Origin: an uncultured Gammaproteobacteria bacterium
GTDB lineage: Bacteria; Patescibacteriota; Microgenomatia; UBA8517
Direction: 5' to 3'
Assembly: GCA_964488535.1 (NCBI GenBank)
Contig: CAZAUT010000003.1
Location: 2,232 to 66,231, forward strand
DNA length: 64,000 bases
In this document: positions 37,510 to 47,155 of the stretch, in pieces
Position numbering within the stretch: position 1 is the first letter of the stretch
How the letters are laid out: each line of letters begins with the position of its first letter
The notes under the pieces: generated by a model
What the model was told of the DNA's origin: nothing
Seen by the model: only the letters and a program-made list of their open reading frames with translations
Databases searched by the model: none
Program-made: the position numbers and the translations under genes

Positions 37510-37568
37510 AACCCCCTCTTTCCAATTCACCCACCTCGCCAGCATAAACAAATAATCCGATAAGATAA
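37510..37568 (-). pseudogene. remnant of the 3' end of a PduO-type adenosyltransferase gene
   Basis: ccaattcacccacctcgccagcataaacaaataatccgataag matches about 50 nt of the 3' coding end of the intact gene at 38700..38760. Confidence 0.35.
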
Positions 37569-37982
37569 TTAATCCAAATTCGTTTTTAGTCCGATCTGTT
37601 TGAAATGGTGGTCAAATGTAAAAATCTCATCAAACCTGTATTTTTTAAATTGATAAACAATTGAACCGTCGGTAAATGATAATTTTTTGTCATCGTATTT
37701 CTTGAGTTCTTCGAACACAAAACTATTTTCCAATTCCGATATTTCCATTACCCGTAAATTAAGCATTGCCCCTTTGTTTACAGCATCGTTAAAATCAATT
37801 ACCGCATATAGACCGGCATCATAAATTAGACGGGTAAATACTTCAGACAATACCAAATTATTCGTAAAAAAAAGCGGGCGTACTTTCGTAATTATATTAA
37901 TATACTTCTTTGCCTGAAGATGGTTTATGTCATTTTTATTTTCCAAAGCAAGCCATGCACCGGAATCAATAAATATTTTCAT
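37569..37982 (-). CDS. vapC: PIN-domain toxin VapC
   Basis: N-terminal MKIFIDSGAWLAL acidic-residue pattern of the PIN domain. It overlaps the upstream RHH gene by 4 nt. Confidence 0.75.
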   Translation of the reverse strand: MKIFIDSGAWLALENKNDINHLQAKKYINIITKVRPLFFTNNLVLSEVFTRLIYDAGLYAVIDFNDAVNKGAMLNLRVMEISELENSFVFEELKKYDDKKLSFTDGSIVYQFKKYRFDEIFTFDHHFKQIGLKTNLD

Positions 37983-38293
37983 TTGTAATAAATTTCATCC
38001 ACATTCTCAGACAAATTTACTTTTTTTCTGCCTGTTGAAACAGAACCGATAATCTTCTCAAGCCATAAATAATCACTGGGAATTTTACGGCTGTTTAATG
38101 AAAGCATTTTCCCCACTCTGGAAGAAGCGCCATCTACTGCCTCTCTTATCACTTCCGACCTTGTAAATCCGATTAATTTTGACGCTTCGTCCAAAATCTT
38201 AACACTTTGCGGCTCCAAATATACCTGATACCTTTTCATATACATACACCATACCATAGGTGTATATAATAAGTCAATACACCCATTTGACAA
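37979..38293 (-). CDS. vapB: RHH/CopG-type antitoxin VapB
   Basis: MKRYQVYLEPQSVKILDEASKLIGFTRSEVIREAV ribbon-helix-helix pattern. The real start is probably the Met at ~38239. Confidence 0.55.
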   Translation of the reverse strand: MSNGCIDLLYTPMVWCMYMKRYQVYLEPQSVKILDEASKLIGFTRSEVIREAVDGASSRVGKMLSLNSRKIPSDYLWLEKIIGSVSTGRKKVNLSENVDEIYYK

Positions 38294-38316
38294 AGAAGAA
38301 GAAGAAGTAAAATACT
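38284..38316 (+). promoter_or_regulatory. promoter-like box, TTGACA + A-rich -10 (second copy)
   Basis: atttgacaaagaagaagaagaagtaaaatact. Confidence 0.3.
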
Positions 38317-38328
38317 GAAAATTCTTAT

Positions 38329-38682
38329 TTGTATATGGAAATCACAAAAGGTGGCACAGATAAATCAAATAAGGTTCTTCTTTGCGATGTTTCCCGCAAT
38401 GTGAAATATCAGCATAGTGTACCTTCCAGACCAAGCAGGGGAACGTGCGATAGTGGGGACGGAAGCGTTCATTGTGATTGGTGTAAACACGCGCAAGAAT
38501 TTTTAACAGAACATGCAGTAAATAATTCGGCAGATGGTGCAGAAAGTATTCGTTTTGTTCCCAATCCGGACGATCACTCTCTCACAGTCGTTTACCCTTC
38601 AAAACCCGATGGAACGTTTATGAGTAGGTCTGTTGCTCGCGGACACCTGTCCGATCCCGAAAAAGTTGATGTTGTAGATTGA
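38329..38682 (+). CDS. small Cys-rich hypothetical protein (cassette gene B)
   Basis: 117 aa with CDSGDGSVHCDWCKH. The table start is TTG; the first ATG is at 38335. Confidence 0.35.
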   Translation: MYMEITKGGTDKSNKVLLCDVSRNVKYQHSVPSRPSRGTCDSGDGSVHCDWCKHAQEFLTEHAVNNSADGAESIRFVPNPDDHSLTVVYPSKPDGTFMSRSVARGHLSDPEKVDVVD

Positions 38683-38699
38683 TTCGTATTTTTATAATT

Positions 38700-39236
38700 T
38701 CACTTTATCCACTTCTTTTCTCTAATCCCCTTTTCCCAATTCACCCATCTGGCCAATACAAACAAATAATCCGACAGGCGATTAAGGTATTTCAAAACCC
38801 CCGCCGGAACCTTTTCCGCCTCACTTAATCCCACCACTTCTCTCTCCGCTCTTCTGGCCAGTGTCCTTGCATACTGAAGCCTTGCTGCAACCGGACTTCC
38901 GCCCGGATAAATAAAATTTGAAAGTTTCGGCAGTATTTTATCGGTTTCGTCTATTTCCTCTTCCAATTTTCTTGTTTCTTTACTTTCTAATTTCAAATCT
39001 GATCCTGCTAAAATTGAACCCGTTGTCAGTAAATTATTTTGAACCAGCCTTAGTTTTACCTTCAATTTTTCATCAGAAGTTTCCGCTATAACAATTCCCA
39101 AAAAACTATCAATCTCATCAACCGCTCCGATTGCCCGGGTATTGCATGACGATTTTGAAACACGGACCGATTTTCCGTCAACTTTTCTGAAAAGTCCCGT
39201 TGTTCCGTCATCGCCGGTTTTTGTATAAATAACCAT
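38700..39236 (-). CDS. ATP:cob(I)alamin adenosyltransferase, PduO type
   Basis: N-terminus IYTKTGDDGTTGL and C-terminal RLSDYLFVLAR. Confidence 0.75.
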   Translation of the reverse strand: MVIYTKTGDDGTTGLFRKVDGKSVRVSKSSCNTRAIGAVDEIDSFLGIVIAETSDEKLKVKLRLVQNNLLTTGSILAGSDLKLESKETRKLEEEIDETDKILPKLSNFIYPGGSPVAARLQYARTLARRAEREVVGLSEAEKVPAGVLKYLNRLSDYLFVLARWVNWEKGIREKKWIK

Positions 39237-39281
39237 AAATATAAAGATATCAAGATATTAAGATATTAGAATACTACGATA

Positions 39282-39653
39282 TTACGAGTGGGAAAGCTTC
39301 TCGGTTGAACGAATAAGTCCGCCAAGTATAACCCCCGATTTTTCGGATTGTTTCATTATCTCTTCAAACCCTTCATTGGATAAGTATCCTAAATCCTTGG
39401 CAATTAACGACTGTGTTTGAACCTCTGAAAGTGAACCTCTGGCATCGAAATAGAAATTCAACCTGTCTTTGTAGTGGTATCTGGAGAATCCTTCTGCTAT
39501 ACAAGATTCATTGGAAACAACGGCACGTCTGATTTGTGAAGTCAATCCAAAAGTTTCCGACTTTGGAAAACTCCCGGAATACTTGTAAATCATAAGTGTT
39601 AACTTATGCGCCTCTTTCCAAGCATCCAAATCCTGAAATGTTTTTATTTTCAT
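39282..39653 (-). CDS. four-helix-bundle protein (Avd / 23S rRNA IVS family)
   Basis: LDAWKEAHKLTLMIYK..FPKSE..CIAEGFSRYHYKDR. Confidence 0.75.
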   Translation of the reverse strand: MKIKTFQDLDAWKEAHKLTLMIYKYSGSFPKSETFGLTSQIRRAVVSNESCIAEGFSRYHYKDRLNFYFDARGSLSEVQTQSLIAKDLGYLSNEGFEEIMKQSEKSGVILGGLIRSTEKLSHS

Positions 39654-39767
39654 TCTCCTAATATCTCAATATCCTAATATCGTAATATCCTAGTATCCCA
39701 GTATCTTTCTTTCTATCCTGTGCCCTCTCCTAATATCGTAATATCGTAGTATCCTAATACCGTTTCT
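39654..39767. repeat. tandem-repeat array, cctaatatc / gtaatatc family
   Basis: tcctaatatctcaatatcctaatatcgtaatatcctagtatcccagtatc ... ctcctaatatcgtaatatcgtagtatcctaataccg. Confidence 0.6.
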
Positions 39768-41927
39768 CTAAAGTTCGCATGTACTAAACCCGCACTTTTT
39801 GCATTTGAAGCATTTATTATCCCTGACCAGTAAAATATTACATGTGGGACATTTTCTCAATGAGGGAAGGGTTCTTTCCGACGACCCGAACTCAAAAACC
39901 TGGTTGTTTTTTGCCTTATCGCGGTAAACGGTAAGGCCTTTGCAACCCAGTTTCCAGGCCAAAATGTACGCCTGTTCGACATCGTCGGGTGTTGCGTGAG
40001 AAGGCATATTAATTGTTTTTGTTATCGCGTTGTCTGTCCACTTCTGAAAAGCAGCCTGCATTCTGATGTGATCGCGCCAGTCAATATCGTGTGCCACTTT
40101 AAAAACATTCCGAAGATGTTTCGGAATCTCGGTTATACCCTGCGCACTTCCATGATTCTGAACCACCTTTTGAATAAGACTGTCGCTGTAAACGCCGTAT
40201 TCTTTAAGCTTTCTCGTAAAAATGCCGACTGTGTTTTTTAACCGCATCCCGTCCAAGACGTTTTGTTCATATGCAAGTGCAAAAAAGGGTTCTATCCCGA
40301 AAGAAGTCTCACAAATGACTGCATTTCCGCTTGATGGCGGGAAAGTTAAGAGAGCTACATTTCTTGGCTTGTCCTTCCTTTCCGCCCAAATTGATTTATT
40401 AACAAGCGGAAATGCTCCCTTTTCTTTTGCCAAATGCACCGAAGCCTCAAAGCCCGACTGATACATCGTCTGCGTGACTTTTTCGGCTAGATTAAAGGCT
40501 TCGACACTGTCATAGGGTATTTCCATCATGGCAAGCGTTTCCGCCCAGCCGACACAGCCGATTCCGATCCTTCTGTGTTTTTTTACTGCCTCGGAAATTT
40601 CCTGTACCGGAAACCATGAAGCATCAATTACATTATCCATTAACCGCACCGCTGTCTTCATTGTCTTCTGCAATCCTTCAAAATCAAATCCGCCGTCCGG
40701 CGGACCATGTATCACAAATTTGGTAAAATTTATATATCCCAGATTACAGGACTCGTATGGATATAAAGGAACCTCTCCGCAGGGATTGGTCGTCATTAAA
40801 AGCCCCTGTTTTCCGAGAAGCGGATTGGATAGTGCCGTTCCTTTGTTTATTGCGGATAAATTAATAATTCCCGGATCTCCCGTTTGCCACGCCATTTGGG
40901 CCATTAGTTCAAGAATCGAATTTGCTTTAACTTTATTCACGACTTCACCCGTTCTTGGATTTATAAGGTCCCAGTTATCACCGTTTTGCGCTTTTTGCAT
41001 AAACTCATCGGTAACACCAACCGAAATGTTTGTTTTTGAAAGATAGCCGTCGTTTTGCTTCGAGGAAATAAAATTAAAAATATCGGGGTGGCTCGAATTC
41101 AATATTGCCATGTTTCCGCTTTCATATTTCCCCTCCTGTTTGAACAGGGATGTCATAAGATCAAACATTTCGATCAGTTTTACCGGCCCTGCAGCCAGGT
41201 TTGGAGCGCCCCCAACCGGATCTCCCTCGGGACGGATCATTGAGAAATTATAACCGCATCCCCCGCCGTGTTTTTTAATTAAAGTGGATTTGTGAAGAAT
41301 ATTGAAAATTGAATTAATATCATCCTCGATTGGCCAGACAAAACAATTAGCAAGCTGGGGAGATTTTTTTCCGGCATTGGCAAGCGTTCTTGTACCCGGA
41401 AGAAACTTGAAACTCATCATCAGATCAAGAAAGCGCTTGTTCCATAGACTTCTCTTTTCTTTTGTTTTTTCGACATCGGAAAGGCATTTTGCAACCCTTT
41501 CAAACATTTGCCGTGGTGTTTCCAAAATCTCCCCCTTCTCGTTTTTTTTAAGGTAACGTGACTTAAGAATGTATAAAGTATTGTAAGAAAGTCCAATATC
41601 GTCCTTCACCCCAAGCGATTCTTTATCCTGTCTCAAATGTTTTTTGTTCTCCCGGTATCTGATAAATTCTTTCGCTGTTTTTGCGTGACCGCGTTCAATA
41701 AGAACCTTTTCTACAATTTCGCCGATTTCCGAAGTTTTTATGTTTTCACCGACAGCGTACTTTTCCTTCAAAACAGTCAAAACCTCGTTCCTTAAGGAAA
41801 GTGCCGTCTTTTCGTCCTTTCCTCCGACATTCCGTGCTGCAAGAAAGATACTCCGGAAAATTTTCTCTCCGTCAAACGGCTCGTTTATTCCGCTCGCTTT
41901 GATAACGTATTTGGCTGGTTGCTTCAT
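39768..41927 (-). CDS. nrdJ: adenosylcobalamin-dependent (class II) ribonucleotide reductase with an N-terminal ATP-cone
   Basis: ATP-cone VIKASGINEPFDGEKIFRSI, NCFVWP, radical-site TTNPCGEVPL, and a C-terminal CxxC...CxxC zinc ribbon. Confidence 0.85.
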   Translation of the reverse strand: MKQPAKYVIKASGINEPFDGEKIFRSIFLAARNVGGKDEKTALSLRNEVLTVLKEKYAVGENIKTSEIGEIVEKVLIERGHAKTAKEFIRYRENKKHLRQDKESLGVKDDIGLSYNTLYILKSRYLKKNEKGEILETPRQMFERVAKCLSDVEKTKEKRSLWNKRFLDLMMSFKFLPGTRTLANAGKKSPQLANCFVWPIEDDINSIFNILHKSTLIKKHGGGCGYNFSMIRPEGDPVGGAPNLAAGPVKLIEMFDLMTSLFKQEGKYESGNMAILNSSHPDIFNFISSKQNDGYLSKTNISVGVTDEFMQKAQNGDNWDLINPRTGEVVNKVKANSILELMAQMAWQTGDPGIINLSAINKGTALSNPLLGKQGLLMTTNPCGEVPLYPYESCNLGYINFTKFVIHGPPDGGFDFEGLQKTMKTAVRLMDNVIDASWFPVQEISEAVKKHRRIGIGCVGWAETLAMMEIPYDSVEAFNLAEKVTQTMYQSGFEASVHLAKEKGAFPLVNKSIWAERKDKPRNVALLTFPPSSGNAVICETSFGIEPFFALAYEQNVLDGMRLKNTVGIFTRKLKEYGVYSDSLIQKVVQNHGSAQGITEIPKHLRNVFKVAHDIDWRDHIRMQAAFQKWTDNAITKTINMPSHATPDDVEQAYILAWKLGCKGLTVYRDKAKNNQVFEFGSSERTLPSLRKCPTCNILLVRDNKCFKCKKCGFSTCEL

Positions 41928-41936
41928 GTTGATAAT

Positions 41937-44243
41937 TTAAAGCCTGCACTTACTCCACCCGCATTCTTTGCAACTTCTACATCCTCCCTCAAATTCCAAA
42001 ACTCCTTTGCACTCCGGGCAGTTTTTTTCTTCTTTCTCCAATTCGGGCTTATACTTTTCACCGGTATTTATTACTTGATCCTCCTTGCTGCCATCTCTGT
42101 AAACCGTAATGCCCTTACATCCGAGTTTCCATGCCAGCATGTACGATTTCTCAACCTCCTCAACCGTCGCCGTGTTTCTGAAGTTTATGGTTTTTGACAC
42201 AGCATTATCGGCATATTTCTGAAACGCTGCCTGTATTCTTACATGCCACTGGGGATCAATGTCGTGTGTTGTAACAAAAACTTTTCTGATGTCACCGGGA
42301 AGTCCGGGTACATTTTGAATTGAACCGTGATTTTTGATAATTTTTTCGATCAACGTATCACTAAACAGATTTTTTTCTTTTAATATTTCCTCAAAAACCG
42401 GATTAATATAATAAAGTTTTCTGGTAGATCTATTCTTGTGATCCTCGTTATAGAAAGAACTCCTTGTATAAACAAGGGCAAAACTTGGCTCGACACCGCT
42501 TGTTGTATCTCCAATCATCGATACTGTACCTGTTGGAGCAATAGTAATCATCGTACAATTACGATATTTCTCTGCGGATCCTTTGTAGGTCGATATGTCC
42601 CAATTGGGAAATACACCGCGAGTTTTGGCTAATTCAAGCGAAGCTTCTTCGGCTTTGCGTTTAACAAATTTTGCAATCTTATCCGCAATCCGTACACCGT
42701 CGGGGCTGTTATAGGCAATATTCAATTTAAAAAGTGTTTCCGCAAAACCTACCATTCCCAAACCTATTTTCCTGTTTCCGTACTTTACGATTTTTTCGGT
42801 TTCGGGTAAAACATAGTAGTTTGTTTCAATCATATTGTCCAAAAAACGGACAAGTGTTTTAACCGTATCTCCCAACTCTTCCCAGTTAATTTCCCATCCG
42901 CCATTCTTCCTGATTAAATGGTTTGCTAAATGAACGGAAGAAAGGTTGCATGACTCGTAAGGTAACAAAGGTTGTTCACCACATGGATTCGTTGCATTTA
43001 ACACTCCAAGGCTTGGAGTGAAGTTATCCTCTTCCATCCGGTCTAAAAAGACCATCCCGGGATCGCCGGTTTTCCACGCATGTTCACAAATTTCATGAAA
43101 AAGTTTTCGGGCAGAAACTTTCTTCACCGCCACTCCATCCCGTGGATTCACCAGAGAAAACTTCTTATCAGCCACGACCGCTTCCATAAACTCATTTGTC
43201 GCACCGACAGAAATGTTAAAATTCTTCATATTTCCGTCTTCGTCCTTGATTTTAATGAACTCAAAAATGTCAGGGTGGTTAACATTTAAAATACCCATAT
43301 TTCCACCGTGTTTTTTGGATCCCTGCATAATTTTTGACAAGGCTGCACTGTAAACCTGCAAAAAGTCCACAGGCCCTGAAGCGGTATTTGGAACATTTCT
43401 TACCTTGTCACCCTTGAAACGTATATCACTGAAGTTAAATCCTGTTCCTCCAAAGTTTTTTTGAATGAGAGCTGCCTCGCCAAGTGTCTGGAAAATTTTA
43501 GAAATAGAATCTTCAATTTTCAAGACGAAGCATGGGGAAAGTTGCTGCAAACAATGGTCATTACCGGCTTCATACATAGCACTGGTAGTGCATATAAATT
43601 TAAACTTAACCATTTTATTAAAAAATACCTGTGCTGCCAATTCGACATCTTTTTCGTTACCCCAATTAATTTCTGTTTTGGCGATATATTTCGCAACTCT
43701 CCAGAAAATCTGTCCCGGAGTCTCTTCCGGCTTTCCGTCAGCACCCAACTTGGAACATCTGGCAACAAGGGTTGTCCTGGCATTGCCGGTCATTTCCGGT
43801 TCGCGGATGATAAATTCGTCTTTTTTTGACTGTTCCTTCCTTTCTTTGTATAAAATATAATATCTGGCCGTTTCGAAATAACCTTTCTGTGCAATGACAG
43901 GTTCAACAATGTTCCGGATTTCTAATGTGGAAATGACTGGTTTCTTAAAAATTAAAAGCTTGGATAGGACTTCTTTTAATATGGCGTTTGAGTCCTCTTT
44001 GGAATAGGACATCGTATCCTTGCCGGCTAAGATAATACTTTTTACTATTTTATTCCAAATGAATAATTGTGTCTGTCCGTCCGATTTTATTACTTTTTTT
44101 ATTTTTAATTTGGGTAAATTTGCTTTTATGTAATCTTTGTCTTTTTTCATATCAACACTCCGAATAACCGCATCCGTGACACGTCTTGCAGCCCATTTCG
44201 TGAACCAAAGTTGCGTTTCCGCAAGACGGACAAAAATCGGCAT
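41937..44243 (-). CDS. nrdJ: class II ribonucleotide reductase paralogue 2, with ATP-cone
   Basis: ATP-cone VIKSDGQTQLF, ATNPCGEQPL, and a C-terminal CPECK..CRSCKECG. The start is probably the Met at ~44153. Confidence 0.85.
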   Translation of the reverse strand: MPIFVRLAETQLWFTKWAARRVTDAVIRSVDMKKDKDYIKANLPKLKIKKVIKSDGQTQLFIWNKIVKSIILAGKDTMSYSKEDSNAILKEVLSKLLIFKKPVISTLEIRNIVEPVIAQKGYFETARYYILYKERKEQSKKDEFIIREPEMTGNARTTLVARCSKLGADGKPEETPGQIFWRVAKYIAKTEINWGNEKDVELAAQVFFNKMVKFKFICTTSAMYEAGNDHCLQQLSPCFVLKIEDSISKIFQTLGEAALIQKNFGGTGFNFSDIRFKGDKVRNVPNTASGPVDFLQVYSAALSKIMQGSKKHGGNMGILNVNHPDIFEFIKIKDEDGNMKNFNISVGATNEFMEAVVADKKFSLVNPRDGVAVKKVSARKLFHEICEHAWKTGDPGMVFLDRMEEDNFTPSLGVLNATNPCGEQPLLPYESCNLSSVHLANHLIRKNGGWEINWEELGDTVKTLVRFLDNMIETNYYVLPETEKIVKYGNRKIGLGMVGFAETLFKLNIAYNSPDGVRIADKIAKFVKRKAEEASLELAKTRGVFPNWDISTYKGSAEKYRNCTMITIAPTGTVSMIGDTTSGVEPSFALVYTRSSFYNEDHKNRSTRKLYYINPVFEEILKEKNLFSDTLIEKIIKNHGSIQNVPGLPGDIRKVFVTTHDIDPQWHVRIQAAFQKYADNAVSKTINFRNTATVEEVEKSYMLAWKLGCKGITVYRDGSKEDQVINTGEKYKPELEKEEKNCPECKGVLEFEGGCRSCKECGWSKCRL

Positions 44244-46662
44244 GACGGCTTAACAGAGACAATTGATTATTTCTGTCGTCACTCAGTCCTTTTGTACCGT
44301 AATTGTAAGACAGACCATTGCCGTTAATAAGTAATTTCTCCTGAACCGGCTGGTTATACTCCTTCTTGTTTTCCGGAATCATTCCAACATCCAGAGATAA
44401 GGCTCTGGCAATTGCATCCGGCAGTGATAATATTCTGTCCGATCCAAAACCAACACTTCTTGACCCGCCTATGCCTTGAAGTTGTTCTATTATAATTGCA
44501 GCTCTCTCTCTGCCGGTTAAGTTGCTGCCCAATCTTAAGGATTTGGAAATGACACGACCTAAGGCTTCCGCCATTGCCTGCACGTCACTGCCCGCCCTTC
44601 CGATATTAATGAATGTCTCAACCGGACTTCCCGTTTCATCATGATTTACAGTAATAAATGCTGTCCCCACAGGTGTTTTCAAACGGTAGGTTGAACCGGA
44701 CACTTTAATTGGCCGTTCCCAAATTGCTAAAAACGATTTTGATTCGCCGTTTTTGTATACTCCATTTTTTGATTCCGCCTTCTCCTCTTTCTTTTCATTT
44801 CTTATCAACGTCCCTTCCCTTGATCCTTCTCTCATGTAAGATATTCCCTTGCATCCGGTGTCGTAGGCAAGCATGTAAAGCTTCTTTACATCGTGCGCTG
44901 TGTGAGACTTCGGAGCGTTCACGGTCTTACTGATAGAAGAATCGGTATAGGTTTGTATTAATGCCTGAATTTTTACGTGCTCATCAGGGGATAAATTGTC
45001 GGCAGTTACAAAGTAGGACGGGATATTTTCCTTTCCGTTGTTTTCTATCCATTCCTGATAGAGCGGATGATACATCGTCCTCTCCCCCAACCGGTCTTTC
45101 TGAATATAGGAGAATGAGAAAACAGGTTCTATTCCCGAAGATACTCCTGCAAGAAGTGCTATTTTTCCGGTCGGAGCTTCCGTTGTCAGAAAACAATTTC
45201 TAATACCCTGACGGCGAATTTTTTGTCTGATCTCCTTCGGCAAATTTTTAATAAAACCACCCCGAAGAAAATTCTCTTTGTTGTAAGCAGGAAAAACACC
45301 CTTCTCTTTTGCTAAATCACTTGAGCAGTCATAAGATGTATCACGAAGGGTTTTGTAAATTTTTTCTATAAGTTTTAATGATTCTTCCGAGCCGTAGCGA
45401 ATCTTCAATTTAATGAGCATGTCGGCAAGTCCCATTGTTCCAAGACCAAGTCTTCTTTCTCTTTTTTGTGTCTCTTCGATTTCGGGGTAAAGATAATTTT
45501 CCGAATCAACTGCATTATCCAAAAATCTCACTCCCACTTTAATAGTCTTAGTAAAATCATCAAAGTCAAATACATCTCCGTTAACAAAGGCAGACAGATT
45601 AAGTGAACTTAAATTGCATACCCCCCAAGCCGGTAATCCCTGTTCACCGCATACGTTTGTTGCAATTACTTTTTCAAAATACCAGGAATTGTTCATATCA
45701 TTGTATCTGTCCATATACACAACACCCGGTTCGGCCGATTCCCAAGCCGATTCGCATATTCGGTCCCACAGCTCACGCGCTTTGATTGTTTTATAAATTT
45801 TTGTGGGATAACTTTTTCTTTTCCACTCGCTCAAATCGCCGCTCCATTCTTGTCTATACTTCTCAAAATCGGTATCCGGAAATTCCAAATGCCAGTCTTT
45901 GTCGTTTTTCACTGCCTCCATAAACGAGTCCGACAAACAGATGCTCAGATTGGCTCCGGCAATTTTTCCCGTTTCTTTCTTTATCGAAATAAATTCTTCA
46001 ATGTCGGGATGCCAATCCCAAAGCATTATCATTAACGCCCCGCGCCTTGTCCCTCCCTGCTGAATAATGTCATGAACGGCAACAGAATAAAGGTTTGCCC
46101 ATGAAACAGCACCCGAACTTGTTCCGTTAACGCTTTTTAAATATGATCCGTTTGGCCTGAGCGTGGAAATGTTGAAACCTACTCCTCCGCCCCGTGCGCT
46201 AATTTCCGTGACCTGCTCCAAAGTTTTTATAATTCCGCCTCTCGTATCCTGAGGGTTTGGTATAACAAAGCAATTAATCATTGTTGCATTGGAACCGCTG
46301 CCTGCTGCCGTCAAAAATCTTCCGGCCGGACAAAATTTAAAGTCCACCATGGCTTCATAAAAATTCTTTTCCCATACTTTTTTTTCTTTGGAGGTTTTTT
46401 CCGCTTGAGCAAGCGCAAAGGATACACGATGCCACATCTGTTCGGGGTATTTTTCCATTGGTTTTCCTTTCTCGTTTTTTAGAGAATATCTGTCAAGAAA
46501 CAACTGTTTTCTTATCCCCGTTAAGGAAGTGCCCTCATGAACTGTTACAAGATGACGAATACTGTTGTATTTTGAACCCAAAGTTTTTGATAACTTTTTT
46601 ATTTTCATAATTTTAAAATCACAAAGTACACGGGATAAATCGGGAAGAATGGCGGATAACAC
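44152..46662 (-). CDS. nrdJ: class II ribonucleotide reductase paralogue 3, no ATP-cone, long C-terminal extension
   Basis: NCFVIP, ATNVCGEQGL (Pro to Val in the NPCGE motif), and a C-terminal CPSCG..CKTCHGCG. The start is probably MKIKKLSK at ~46611. Confidence 0.8.
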   Translation of the reverse strand: MLSAILPDLSRVLCDFKIMKIKKLSKTLGSKYNSIRHLVTVHEGTSLTGIRKQLFLDRYSLKNEKGKPMEKYPEQMWHRVSFALAQAEKTSKEKKVWEKNFYEAMVDFKFCPAGRFLTAAGSGSNATMINCFVIPNPQDTRGGIIKTLEQVTEISARGGGVGFNISTLRPNGSYLKSVNGTSSGAVSWANLYSVAVHDIIQQGGTRRGALMIMLWDWHPDIEEFISIKKETGKIAGANLSICLSDSFMEAVKNDKDWHLEFPDTDFEKYRQEWSGDLSEWKRKSYPTKIYKTIKARELWDRICESAWESAEPGVVYMDRYNDMNNSWYFEKVIATNVCGEQGLPAWGVCNLSSLNLSAFVNGDVFDFDDFTKTIKVGVRFLDNAVDSENYLYPEIEETQKRERRLGLGTMGLADMLIKLKIRYGSEESLKLIEKIYKTLRDTSYDCSSDLAKEKGVFPAYNKENFLRGGFIKNLPKEIRQKIRRQGIRNCFLTTEAPTGKIALLAGVSSGIEPVFSFSYIQKDRLGERTMYHPLYQEWIENNGKENIPSYFVTADNLSPDEHVKIQALIQTYTDSSISKTVNAPKSHTAHDVKKLYMLAYDTGCKGISYMREGSREGTLIRNEKKEEKAESKNGVYKNGESKSFLAIWERPIKVSGSTYRLKTPVGTAFITVNHDETGSPVETFINIGRAGSDVQAMAEALGRVISKSLRLGSNLTGRERAAIIIEQLQGIGGSRSVGFGSDRILSLPDAIARALSLDVGMIPENKKEYNQPVQEKLLINGNGLSYNYGTKGLSDDRNNQLSLLSRHADFCPSCGNATLVHEMGCKTCHGCGYSEC

Positions 46663-46714
46663 CGGATTTTTCCCTGCGTTTTCCTGTCATAATCCTGTTT
46701 CTTCCTGTGTGCTT

Positions 46715-47155
46715 CTACTCTTTGATCGCGCGTGCAAAATCCTCCAAATCCTCAAACTGCAGATAAACGCTTGCAAACCGAAGCCACGCCACCTTGTCGA
46801 TTCTTTTTAATTTTTTCAGTATTGCAATACCTATAGCTTTACTGGAAACCTCCTCTTTTTCTTTTCTCAACATCTCCCTCTCCACCCTATCCACGATATC
46901 GTTAACCAAATCCATTGAAACGGGTCTTTTCTCAACGGCTCGTAATATTCCCTTTTTGATCTTCTCTCTGTCATAAGGTTCTCGCCTGCCGTCTTTTTTT
47001 ACAACCCACATTGCTGATCCGCCAATCTTCTCGTAAGTTGTAAATCTTTTTTTACATTTTAAACATTCCCTTCTTCTTCTCAAAGATTTTCCTTCATCAA
47101 CCATGCGCGACTCTAAAACCTGTGTATCGTTTGCTGTACAAAATGGACAACGCAT
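46715..47155 (-). CDS. nrdR: transcriptional repressor NrdR
   Basis: N-terminal zinc ribbon MRCPFCTANDTQVLESR...CLKCKKRFTTYE followed by an ATP-cone. Confidence 0.85.
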   Translation of the reverse strand: MRCPFCTANDTQVLESRMVDEGKSLRRRRECLKCKKRFTTYEKIGGSAMWVVKKDGRREPYDREKIKKGILRAVEKRPVSMDLVNDIVDRVEREMLRKEKEEVSSKAIGIAILKKLKRIDKVAWLRFASVYLQFEDLEDFARAIKE

